Shown: in pieces, positions 52,701-64,000 of the stretch
Numbering within the stretch: the stretch's first letter is position 1
Layout of the letters: each line of letters starts with the position of its first letter
Origin: Paragordius varius
Lineage: Eukaryota > Animalia > Nematomorpha
Assembly (NCBI GenBank): GCA_964247055.1
Contig: OZ176055.1
Span: 2,542,001 to 2,606,000 of the forward strand
Length of the DNA stretch: 64,000 nt
Reading direction: 5' to 3'
The notes under the pieces: model-generated
Seen by the model: only the letters and a program-made list of their open reading frames with translations
What the model was told of the DNA's origin: nothing
Databases searched by the model: none
Made by a program: the position numbers and the translations under genes

Positions 52701-55700
52701 ACGTGTGTGATAAAGATTTTAATCATTTAATGATAAAAATTAATTAAAACTTTGGGATGAAAACTAAAAATTTTGTGGGTCAATTATATGTTTAAAGATA
52801 TGCAGGTGGATTATTTTATATTAATTTTGTCATTAAGGACCTATGTGAAAAAATTATTGATAATCATTTGATAATTTCGTGATAAAAATAAATTTTTAGG
52901 CGGGTTTATTGGATATTTAGGGATTTATTTTAAAACACATCTATGTAATTACTCCATAGTTAAAAATTAAAATTTTGGAGGTAGGATAAAAAAATTCAAT
53001 GTTTTCATAAAATATTTCGATTTTTTAACCTCAAAAAAAATAAATTGTTTATTTGGAAGTTAAAAAAATTAAATTTTTAAAACTAATTTTGATATCACAT
53101 ATTATATATATAATATAGGGTAAGATGTGAACGTATACGAAATATTAGACACGGGTTACAGTTAATTTTATATATTTGTTTGAAAGGAATGGAAATCACT
53201 ATTCATTTTTGGTGTAAAATTGGGAAAAAAATTAGGGTAATTGAATATTTTTATTTAATATTGAATAAATTGATGGTCTATTGTGAGATGTGAACACTAA
53301 ATATATTAATTTTTTTAGGCGTACGTTTTTGGCTCTAATAATTTCAAAATAAATTATCTCTATTTACGATTTAAAGGGTTTTTCATACCAATGTTTTGAT
53401 GCTTTTTTAACAGCAATTCATAATTTTTTCTTTAAAGTGGATACACTAACACTTTATTTACAAGTTTATGTTTTAGTGTAATATGTGGAAGTTAAAAAAA
53501 TTTGGTTACAATACTCATTTTTTCAAAACACACTAGTTTCTCAATGTGTGTTTGAAATATACTATTTTCGATAATATTTATTTTAATAATTTTTGGTTTT
53601 TCTAACTAAATTTTCATCTTCATCATCATTATTGATCAAGGTATTCAAGAATGAGTATCTGATATATTTTATTCTCACATGTTTTGTGGTTGTAGGCGTC
53701 TTTTTTTAACATCAATTTTTCGTTCGTCTATTTTAGAAGTGTTCAACACTAATGATGGCTTCTCTAAGCTGCATTCGTATATATGGGAATTACAAAATTT
53801 TATTTAACATACGATTATTGTAAAAACTACTATTTTTTATCATTTTTTTCAATTTTGATCGCCAAAATTCAGTAAAATTCTTTTAGAATTGTTTTTAGGA
53901 TAACCAAATTTACTTAAATTTTGTATATGATTCTCGCGGGCTGCATAAATATTTTGGAGAGCCATGTGTTGCCCAACCCTGCTCTATACCCTATCTGATT
54001 GTTTTCTGCCAGCCAGGGTTCGGAACTGCTTGGCAAAGCTTTTGAATCTAATTTTAATGGTGCATCTTTTTTAAAATATTATATCATAATTTCTTCTTCG
54101 CTCAATGTTTCCTAACCAGTCAGTTAGTCTTTTGGTTTGAATTACCCTATGATCAATTGGATTAATGAAAGATTGTGTAAATATATACGCCAAAATTATC
54201 ATTGAAATTGTAGCTTGGGTTTACCAAACTTAGAAAGGGTACCATTCAATCAAGCACATAATAAATAGCAAATTGATAAACATTAAGACAAGCGGAGATA
54301 TACACTACAGCGATACGGCTAGCCCTTATACATACGGCGCAAAAACCTGGCCACTGTCTAAAAATTAATAAAATTAAAAACCTACAGATTTTTTTATTAT
54401 CCTTAAAACAATTATTTATGCATTATACCCAATCAAATACAAATTTAATAAAAATTTTGATGTATACAACATAAACTTTAACTAAATTTTAGATGGTATT
54501 AATTTTATTTGCCGATTATAAGTTGATTACATTTTAATACCTTTTTTTTAAATGTTAACCTATTTGTTCTGAATAAAGCATTGTGGACATGGTTGGGATG
54601 GATAAGGAATTGCATACAAGCAATGTCGAATTAATGGCCATTTCTCTGGGAACTTTGATTGGTGGAATAACTTTTACTGGTTCACTCATGGCTTTTGGAA
54701 AACTTCAAGGTTGCCATTAATTATTCAGATTTTTCAATAAAAATTGTATATATATATATATATATAAATACAATTAAAATGTCAAATATTTCATATTTTG
54801 AAACAACTTTTTTTTGACCTGATATATGGTATAATCTTAGCATAATATATTACGAATACTAGTTTTTAGAGGTCTATTATAATATTTTTAAGTTAAGAGC
54901 TATATTAATGGTTTATAATGTCTTTTATTTGGTGGATAGACAAAAAAATATCGACAAATATGATACGCTTTTTCTAGCATAAATTTTATTATACATAACT
55001 TTTTATAATTTAGTCCCAATAAAAAATAAATACAATTTTCGCTTACATTGAATTAGATATATGTAACTGGTTATGAATGCATTCGTGTGACTCCATTAAA
55101 GTAGGTATTTCAAGCGGTTTAAAACTTTTTGATATATTTACATGATATGAACATAAAATAATGGTTTTAAACTTAAATTTTATGTCCATTTTACACATCT
55201 CTTTTTCTTTAATTTAACAATTGGCTTGCTTAATTTCATTTTTATCAACTTACAACAAACATTTCCATTTGTATTGTAATTAATGGATTGGTATTATGAT
55301 AATGAAATGATAGCTAAAAATAAGTTTTTTTGACCAGCCAAATACTTATACACTAAATTTATGTATTAATGCCGCAATTAAACTACACCTTTCAAATTTG
55401 ACTTATAATAATATAGAGCTTTTTTATTGAGGTTATTAATTTCTCTGTATATATATTACAGGGCTTATTCGATCAGCCCCTATAATGTTACCAGGGAGAC
55501 ATGCATTGAATGCCAGTATGGTTTTAGCTAGCGCCGTTTCAGTCGCCCTTTTTATGAATGAACATTCCCATTTCGCGACCGGTCTTAATTCACTCCTGGC
55601 AATGACTGGCCTATCCGCTGCTCTGGGTGTTACTTTGACTGCGGCGATTGGAGGTTTTTCTTTCGTTTACAATTTATAAGTTTTTTGGGACTTTATACCA

Positions 55701-58700
55701 TAAAATTTTTTATTGTACCTCTTGGGGATTCATTAGTATTTAAGAATCAAAAAATGGCTGGAAAATGCAAACGAAACTGTGATGGGTTTATAAGTATCGT
55801 TATTATAAGTTTTTGATTTACGGTAATGGGTAAATCTTAATAATTTACTAAATGCCATATATTTAATGTAATATTTTCACAATTTTATATTTATGGTTAG
55901 CTGTAATTTATTAAACTCATAACTATATAACTTGGTTATATAAACAATTACTCGTGACTAGTTGATAAAAAATGTAAATTTTTTTCTTCATTTATATTTT
56001 TTAGGCACTGAATTTTTTTCTTTTTTTATTTTTGATATGCATTTATTTTGATTTACCAATTTTTTCAGGAGCTGATATGCCAGTCGTGATAACCGTTTTA
56101 AACAGTTATAGCGGTTGGGCTTTGTGCGCTGAAGGCTTTATGTTAAACAATTCTCTCATGACGATTGTTGGAGCTTTAATTGGCTCGTCCGGTGCTATAC
56201 TCTCCTACATTATGTGTAAGGTAAGATTTAGAATTAATGGAGTAAATTTTTTGAATGACTTTAGTTTTTATTTATAGCAATTCATTATTTAATTTAGGTA
56301 TATAAAATATATTATAAATTAAATATCTAATTAACCTCAAATTTATGCGGTTAAAATGTACGTAATATAATTTAGTTTTAATTTAATTATTTAAAAAGGG
56401 ATTTTTCAAGAGGTTAATTTAAATTTTAAAATTAATCAAATTATAAGTCTTTAAAAAAAGTTGGTAAATCAATCTATATAGGTATTTTGTGGTAAAGTCT
56501 AATTCACAAACAATCCCATTAATAATTATTTTACTTAGATATAGCATATATGATTTTATTTTTTTGTGTATTAAATTGTTTAATAAACTGTAAAACTAAA
56601 ACAAACACAAAAAGTAAGCAGATTTTATATAGAAACAACCATAGTTAATTCTTGATTTTTAGCAATATATATTATTACTATTTTCCAATATATTAATAGT
56701 TGAGGCACCAATTCGGATTATGTTCCTATTACACAATTGTAACAGCGTCTGCAAAAATTTAAATTTTAAAAAAAATTCACGATATATAAGACTAATAGAA
56801 AAACATGATTGGAAATATTATATTTTTAAATGCTCTCTAAAAATTGAATAACGAATTGGGTAAAAGCGAAAATTTGAGATTAAAATGATAATAAATTTTG
56901 TTATGTTGAATATTCTTAATTTTTCCAGCTTTTACGTATATACAAACAGATTATTTTTATTATTAGATTAGATTTAGGAAAAAAGAATGGTGTTGTTCAA
57001 CATAATAAATTTTCATATTTATTAACTGAAATGCTTCAAAATTCTAATAGAAGAGTATTTTCTGCACCCTGATTGTTAAAAAATTTAATTTAGGTTTGTA
57101 GTTAAGATCAAACATTTTGAATAGGTATCACACTTAATTTTAATTTCGTTAAAGTATGGAAAAAAGGTTTAAAACAGGGGACAGCACGCGAGGAATTTCA
57201 AATATAAAATGTTACGAAATCTAAATTAAATTTTTTTAAAAAAAAATTTCTGATAAATCTTTCCGGAATTTGGCAATGAACTGGTAAAAAATATAAAAAT
57301 AAATAGTGATTTTTACAGTCTTGGGTTTAAAATCTATTAAAAAATTTGTTAATGCCTATACATTTTGAAAATAAGGCCGTAAAGCTATTTGTGTTGGGTA
57401 CCCCTGGTTTAAAATATAGCTATACTTGCAATAAATTATCTTTTACTTTTGATGTGTCCCAATAAATTTATTTTTACTGTTTAATTAGGCTATGAACCGC
57501 TCTTTACCAAACGTTATTTTGGGTGGATTTGGAGAATCAGCTGTCACTGTGGATCCAAATGATCCCTCAAAAGTAAATTTTATTGATTCCTTTAAACAAA
57601 GTTTCATATTTTGTTTAATATTTTTATTTGTGTGATGTAGTTTTTCGTAATGCATTTAAGTATATTTCAAAAGTATATTCTTATAAATTTACTGTTATTT
57701 TATTTTGCGATATCTTACAATATTAATTTGCATCTGACTGCAAATTATTAAAATTTGATAAATTATCTAATAAATCACTTAATTTTATCATAATGATAAT
57801 TTTTTAAGAGCGGATAATCAAAACAATCTTCTATATATCTATAATATTGTATGAAAGTGAAAAACTTTTTTATAAAATTGATTCCACAACAATTTAATAT
57901 CATCACAAGCACTTCTATAATATCCTATTTTCTAAAAAAAATATTTAGCCTTTTAAAATATAAATCATATTATTTGCTTTAAAGGCTAACCTTAAACACA
58001 TTACAGCCAATGTCGATTCGGTTGTTGATATGATTTTATCGGCTCAAGATATCGTCATAACACCCGGATATGGTATGTGTGTCGCCAAAGCTCAATACCC
58101 CATTGCTGAAATGGTTAAAGTGTTGACTGAACAGGGAAAACATGTTAGATTTGCTATTCATCCTGTAGCAGGTTTTGAATTAACTTTGGATATTTGCGTA
58201 AATATTTAAAAATAAGGCATGCATTATTGTAAAATCTGTCCATTTGATATGAAAATCAGCAACTTTCATTATTTTGAAATAACCCATCGTTTTGGGTTTA
58301 GGAGAGATGCATTACAGTATTATTACATAGACACAGCAAAATAAAAGATAATTAATTGTAAGTCAACCTTGATTTATTGATAAAACTTAGCGGCTAGACG
58401 AAAAATATGATTTACAGGAAAATCTAAAATTATAAAGACAACAAAAGTAAAAACAGAAAATATTTTTTTCTGTAAGATAACCATGTGATTAAGAGAACTT
58501 GTCTCCATGTTTTAACACCCTAAAATTTTAAATCAGCAACAATAAAAAATAACTTATGATGTTTGTCATCATTCTAATTTTAAAATAAGGTTACAGCTTA
58601 TAAATTTTGATGGTATTAAGTTGAGTATACCTCACAAAATGGTGGTTATTAACTGTTAAAAAAATCTATTTATAATATAATCATATTTATAGATTCATAT

Positions 58701-60350
58701 CAAATTTAAATGCAGTAAAAATACTGACAAAACGTAAAAATAACACAAATATATTTTTTTAAAAACAACTATACTTTTTATTAATTTTTTAGTTATAATT
58801 TATTGTTTTTTTAGCAAATTATAAAAGATCTATATTGGTACATAATCAATTATTATTTTACCATTGTAAATTAATATATATTGAATAAATTAAGGTTTAA
58901 AAAAATATGGTTTTTTGAAAAAAAATTGTCTTTATATTTTCAGGTTTTGTCCGTATAATTTCACTTTTTACTGCTTTTTAAAAAACTGATTAGATTAAAA
59001 AAATCTTTTAAAGAGTCATGATGCAGATCGTATACTAGTTCTCCACAATTTAGATCAGTGAGGGGATTATTTTTTGTAGAACTTAAGTAAAATATGGTGA
59101 TTATCTTTTAAATTTTACGATATTTTTTGTATATACGTATATATATTTATGAAAATTGGGTTTCTAATATGCTATAAATATAATATCCATAAAGGACGCA
59201 TGCCTGGACAACTCAATGTCTTATTGGCCGAAGCTGGAGTCCCATATGATCAAGTTCTTGAAATGGAGGAAATTAATGATGATTTTCCCAAAACTGATTT
59301 AGTTTTGGTGATTGGTAAGTTTTATAATATCAATTTTAGATAAATTCATGAATTTAGTTGAAAAAGAGATTTCATGAAGCCTATAATTGATTAAAATTTT
59401 TCCGATTTTGATTTACGCTTTTTGTTTTCATAACTTTATTTATGGAGTTTGAGCCTTATTATAAATAATAATCTCCTCCATTTTCTTGGCATTAATAAAA
59501 TCAATTTTTTTAGTATTATCCTTGTGTGATTATTACAGATTTAAAAATTTAGAATCATTTTGGTTTAAAGCGTATCTATTATATTTTATCATAATTTTAA
59601 TTTAAGGGGCCAATGATACTGTCAATATAGGAGCAGAAACGGATCCAAAATCACCCATAGCGGGTATGCCGGTTTTGAAAGTATGGAATGCAAAACAGGT
59701 TATTTTTTAATTTATTAAAAAATAATGCGTATTATATAAGTCCCATTTTTTATGAATATATTTTAAAATATTTAATGCTAGATTTAAATGTATCTAACAT
59801 TACCTCCGCTAAAACTCATTTAATTAAAAAAATTTATCAATCAATAATTAGAGATATCCAAAATTTTTGCAATATTTCTAAAGCTAAGCTGATGATAATT
59901 TGAATATTAGGAGTAATAGTTTAAGATTAAAAATATATGACTATTATTTTTTACAAGGTCCCCGATATATTTTTAATAGTTTATATATTAAGGTCCTGAA
60001 CCTTAAGAAATTCCACATATGAACCACGTCTATATATAAATCTTACCTGCCAAAAAATTAAGGAGATATGAAATATGGTTATTGACTGTCTAAAACAACA
60101 GTCTTTTAATTTTTAAATTAAAATAGCCTTATCCTTACATATTTTCACCCTTATTAGCTTTTAAAATTTTACCTGCCTCAATGATATTTTTTATTTTTGC
60201 ACATAGGTCATAGTTATGAAACGTAGTTTAGGTGTTGGGTATGCTGCGGTTGAGAATCCCCTTTTCTACATTCCAAACACTTCTATGCTGTTGGGAGATG
60301 CAAAGAAAACTTGTGATGCTCTTTTAACAGGGATCAAAGCCAAAATTTAG
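41513..60350 (+). CDS. NNT: Mitochondrial proton-translocating NAD(P) transhydrogenase, full length, alpha-beta fused order
   Basis: 20 exons: 41513-42143, 44427-44629, 45694-45861, 46386-46593, 47690-47845, 48299-48412, 49012-49101, 49373-49546, 50068-50211, 50655-50771, 51287-51479, 52357-52551, 54579-54709, 55462-55653, 56069-56220, 57489-57572, 57985-58171, 59195-59314, 59607-59698, 60207-60350. All are GT-AG and in phase. Motifs: [152 protein letters not shown]. Confidence 0.97.
43857..44063. mobile_element. Small MITE; a second, oppositely oriented copy lies at ~44795-44985
   Basis: tgcacatttatgctggc..ttcacagtattggtggccaatt pairs with aattggccaacaataatgtgaatgggccagcataaatgtgta. The 44795 copy shares catttatgctgg, gtccataatta and cccatatact..tgttgccaa in reverse order. 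Confidence 0.55.
46676..46839. mobile_element. hAT-like MITE
   Basis: TIRs CAGAGGTGTCCAACA / TGTTGGAAACCTCTG. Flanks GTTTAAAA and GTGTTAAA form an imperfect 8-bp TSD. Confidence 0.55.
47330..47576. mobile_element. Foldback MITE, AATTCAAATTCACCCTTGAAC type
   Basis: (ta)TACCCTTTACAATT..caaattcacccttgaacaatt at the left end and agggtgaatttgaactgtaaaTGGTA(ta) at the right end. Confidence 0.65.
49752..49795. repeat. (TA)n microsatellite; others at ~11985, 12460, 14280, 20322, 30308, 30924, 32270, 38678 and 61313
   Basis: Direct inspection of uninterrupted TA dinucleotide runs. Confidence 0.95.
54290..54362 (+). mobile_element. Possible decayed RTE-like LINE fragment
   Basis: A frameshifted reading [16 protein letters not shown] resembles the IRP.L.YG.ETW motif downstream of LINE reverse transcriptase. 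Short and broken. Confidence 0.3.
57175..57406. mobile_element. hAT-like MITE with an exact 8-bp TSD
   Basis: GTTTAAAA|CAGGGGACAGCAC ... GTGTTGGGTACCCCTG|GTTTAAAA. CAGGGG ends with an 8-bp TSD are typical of hAT elements. Confidence 0.7.
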
Positions 60351-61307
60351 ATAGATGCTATTTATTATAACATTAGTTAGTATCAATCTCTATGCATTTG
60401 GTTTTATATAACACATTATTTATACGTATATACACAGTCAAAATTAAATTATAAAGACAAAACTTTAAAAAGTAAAAGGGTATAATTTTATAAATAAGCC
60501 ATATTTTTTAACCTTAAAATTTTAGTGAATAATTTTCTTAGATTTTGAAATAAAGAATGTAGGTGTTAATTGGTACCACTTATTTTAAAAAATTAACTTC
60601 ATTTTATTTATAATAAACATATTAGTTTTTTGCTTTTTAAATTATGTCTTTATAAATTAATTTATACTGTATTTTAAGCACAATTTTGGGATTAGATTTA
60701 CACGTGTACCATTGCTCAATTTTTTATACTTAGTATATCGTTTTGTTTAAATTATGCACCCTGATATTATGCACAGGAACTTTTAGTATTATTTTTGAAG
60801 AAAAATATATTAAATTAATTTATATTCTTAACATGTAAATTAGCTCTGGTTTAAATTTTTTACTTAAAGCTGATGATATTATTAGATATGCTTATTAGCG
60901 ATGCATTTCTCTTAAAAAAAATTTATTACCCATATATTTTTAAATATGAATTACTAATGAAGGTTTATTTTTTAAAGATTAACTATCATTAAACTTAATA
61001 TGTGAGTTTTTACTATTAAAAAAATTAAAATATAACATATCATTAATAGAATGGGTAAATGAATTTTGATAAGAAATTATGGTTGATTTGATTTTTTAAT
61101 ATCTATATATTTACGTTAAAAATTTCAATTTAATTAACAAATATGATTAATAATATTTATTAATATTAGGTAAAAAATTTAAAGGAAGATAGATGGATTT
61201 TGATGATGTGAGATTGAATTTTCATAATATTAATATAAGTAGACATTTGAATAAAAAAGAGTAATTTTGAAGTTTTTAAATGATAAAAGGGATAAAATTT
61301 TGACAAA

Positions 61308-61345
<38 letters not shown>

Positions 61346-62212
61346 CAAAATTGCACAGAAATGAGAAATTCTTATGAAATAATATTTTTATAGTATAATT
61401 TTTTGAATTAAATATCCATATGAAAAAGATAATTTGGGTTTGACAAAAAGAGAGCTTTTTGGTGTATTAAAATGTTTTTTGAGACATATTTATTGCAATG
61501 AATGTATTAAGTTTATATATAATAGGTTGGTTAATTTACATATCAATAATATTAGTTGTATTAAATGGAAGAATTTTATGGAAGATTTTAGTAGTTAGGT
61601 TTGAGAAATAAAACAGAATTGCACAAATAATTTTTTATCTAAATATTTTAGTGTTTCTCACAATTATTTTCAAGCTACATGTAAAGATCAGATTGTCAAT
61701 TAAAAACCATTTTAACATCAAATTTAATAATATAATATATATATATGTTTAAAATTTCAATATATATAAAATATGGTAAAAAATATATACAAAAGTCTGG
61801 AAGACAGGTATGATTTTGTTGTAAAAATTATATAATTTCATACAATATAAAATTGTGTAATAATTTAATTTCAATTTTTAAAAAATATTAAAAAACATGT
61901 AATTATAGAATTTAGGTCATTTAGTAAGAAAACTACACAATAAGAAAATATCCGTTATATTATATCCTAAAAACTTTTATCTACAACGCTTATATCTAGG
62001 TTAGAAAGTTATTAAATAGTATCTTGGGGAAACGTTTTGGCTAAATTTAAGATATGTTCCATTATTTCTATCAAAATCTTTTACCAGAAATTCCATACAT
62101 TTTTATACGGATACCTTAGGCTTTATTTCGCAAATCAAATTAAGTTGAGATAAACAGCTTCAAACTGTAAATTTGAAATATCGTTTCGATTAGAATGGTT
62201 GTAATATTCGGT

Positions 62213-64000
62213 TTAAGCGACACCTATGTCTAAACCTCCATTTTTTTCGCAAATTAAGTTAGACGCTTGAGATAAACAACTTTGACTTTCAAACGGTAAA
62301 TTTGAAGGATCATTTCCATGATTACCATTAATCGTATTATCAATAAAATTTAAACTTTTGGTTGAAACTAAATCAGGTGTTTTTGGTGATGATAATGATT
62401 TGTTATTATTTGATGTGTAAGGTTTACAATAATTATATCTGTGATTCATGTGTTGACTGTAGGAACCGGAATGAGAGAATCGTTTATGGCATTTACCGCA
62501 CTGGTAAGGTTTTTCCCCACTATGTAACCTGTGATGTTCCGTCAGGTGATGTTTGTGTTTAAAGGCTTTGTAACAAATTTGACAAACATATGGACGTGTA
62601 CCTAAGCATTACAATTATAAATTTATAAAATAGCCCATTAGTTTTAACGTGGGCATATGATGGGAAAAAATATCAATAATTTGGACTATATTTAACAAAC
62701 CAATGGGTTTGTATCTACAGTACTGTTACCATTTTTGTGGGGAAAATATAAGTTACCAAGATTTTTCTAACGTAAAAAAGTCACCCCATAAAGATTTTTA
62801 AGTTTAGATCACACTTACATCAATAAAAATTTTACTTCCTACGCTAGTATTTTACTAAGCTAAATCAATCAGAGTGTTTCCTTTTTTATTGTCAAACTAA
62901 TTCTTACTCTTTGGTTAATTTTACACAGGACTCTAAAAAATTGTCACACTTCAATAAAAAAAGTACCAGAATGTTCGTATTTGTGTCTTGCCAAAGAACT
63001 TTGTTTGCTAAAAGTTTTATCACATTGATCACATGAATACCAAAGCGTTGTGCTGGTCGGAGGCGATGTTGAGGAACCCATTTGTGGTTGCTCCATCTCT
63101 TCAATACAACCATTCGTGGTAGCTTTTTGTCCATGTAAAAACGAAAAGTCAAATGAAAAATTTGATAAATTATTATTATTATGTACATTTTTATCATTAA
63201 CATTTGCCATTTTATGATCAACGAAATTGGTTATTCCATTGTGCGTACCAGCAACACTTTTGAAATATCGTTTTTTGGGTGACAAACCCGACACATAGCG
63301 TTTAAAAGGAGACGGTTTTGATAGATGATGAGAAGCAGTTGTTGCTATATGATTGGTTGTAATTTTTGACTGCAAACTTAAATCATTGTTAATCGATGTT
63401 GAACTGGTGGTATTTATTCTTTTACCATTGGTTTCATGAGGACTTGAGTTTGTGTCATAAAGACGTCTCTTTATTGTTTTAAGTTGAGTCTTTGAATCTT
63501 TATAGTCTTGTGTCATTGAATTAATTTCTTCCGCATTTTCCAACCCTTTTCGATTTTGTCCTGCAATATGTTGCTGCAACAAATATTCTAATCCATTTAG
63601 CTGGGGAGTAGGGTTAAAAAGCATTTCACTCACATTTGGTTGGCTACTTTTGTTATTAATATTTTGCTGTTGTTGATTATGCTTATGGCCTAATCGTTGA
63701 AGTAAGAATTGATAAAATTCCGTTTGGAAAGTTTGAGCATCAAATGTGTTTAAATTTTTGCCATTATCACTATTTTCTCCTACCCGGCCATCTTCGGGTG
63801 ATGAGAGGCCCTGGCTTGAAGAGTTTGTTGAGGGTTCAGGCGTACGTTCCCATTGACTAATTAGCCTTGAAATATGTTGCCCACAATCCATTTTTTGATC
63901 GTTATTCATAACTGTTTGATTATTATTAGTGTTATCTGATGCGGGGAAGGATTCATGATTAATAGAATGCCTATTTGGCTTCAATGGAAATTTATTGCTT
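62213..64000 (-). CDS. ZEB: ZEB/zfh1/zag-1-type C2H2 zinc-finger transcription factor, last two exons; 5' part lies beyond the window
   Basis: Exons (>64000)-62967 and 62601-62213 splice to [86 protein letters not shown]. This is the diagnostic C-terminal three-finger cluster of ZEB/zfh1. The frame is open to the window edge. Confidence 0.93.

Noticed and set aside
62904-63221. 105-aa minus-strand ORF overlapping the ZEB exon
   Set aside because: It is an alternative frame of the ZEB exon with no independent evidence.

Overview
Very AT-rich, intron-rich eukaryotic (animal) genomic DNA; the lineage cannot be fixed from sequence alone. Four conserved host genes were reconstructed by hand with canonical GT-AG boundaries and consistent phases: the 3' end of an SLC7 (LAT-type) amino-acid transporter (+), a myotubularin of the MTM1/MTMR1/MTMR2 group (-, 16 exons), mitochondrial NAD(P) transhydrogenase NNT (+, 20 exons) and the 3' end of a ZEB/zfh1 zinc-finger gene (-). 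Between myotubularin and NNT lies a ~27 kb repeat-rich region containing non-autonomous Helitrons, foldback/MITE elements built from 21-bp repeats with shared TA-TACCA ends, a tandem triplicate of an orphan Lys/Arg-rich gene (one intact copy, two pseudogenes), and an IS630/Tc1 transposon with ~200 bp TIRs. The most striking signal is a class of ultra-short GT-AG introns: two consecutive myotubularin introns and one intron in the transposase are each exactly 22 nt and each is needed to restore the conserved protein. All other introns mapped here are 111 nt to ~2.3 kb. No rRNA, tRNA or CRISPR array was seen. All coordinates were counted manually and no database search was run.
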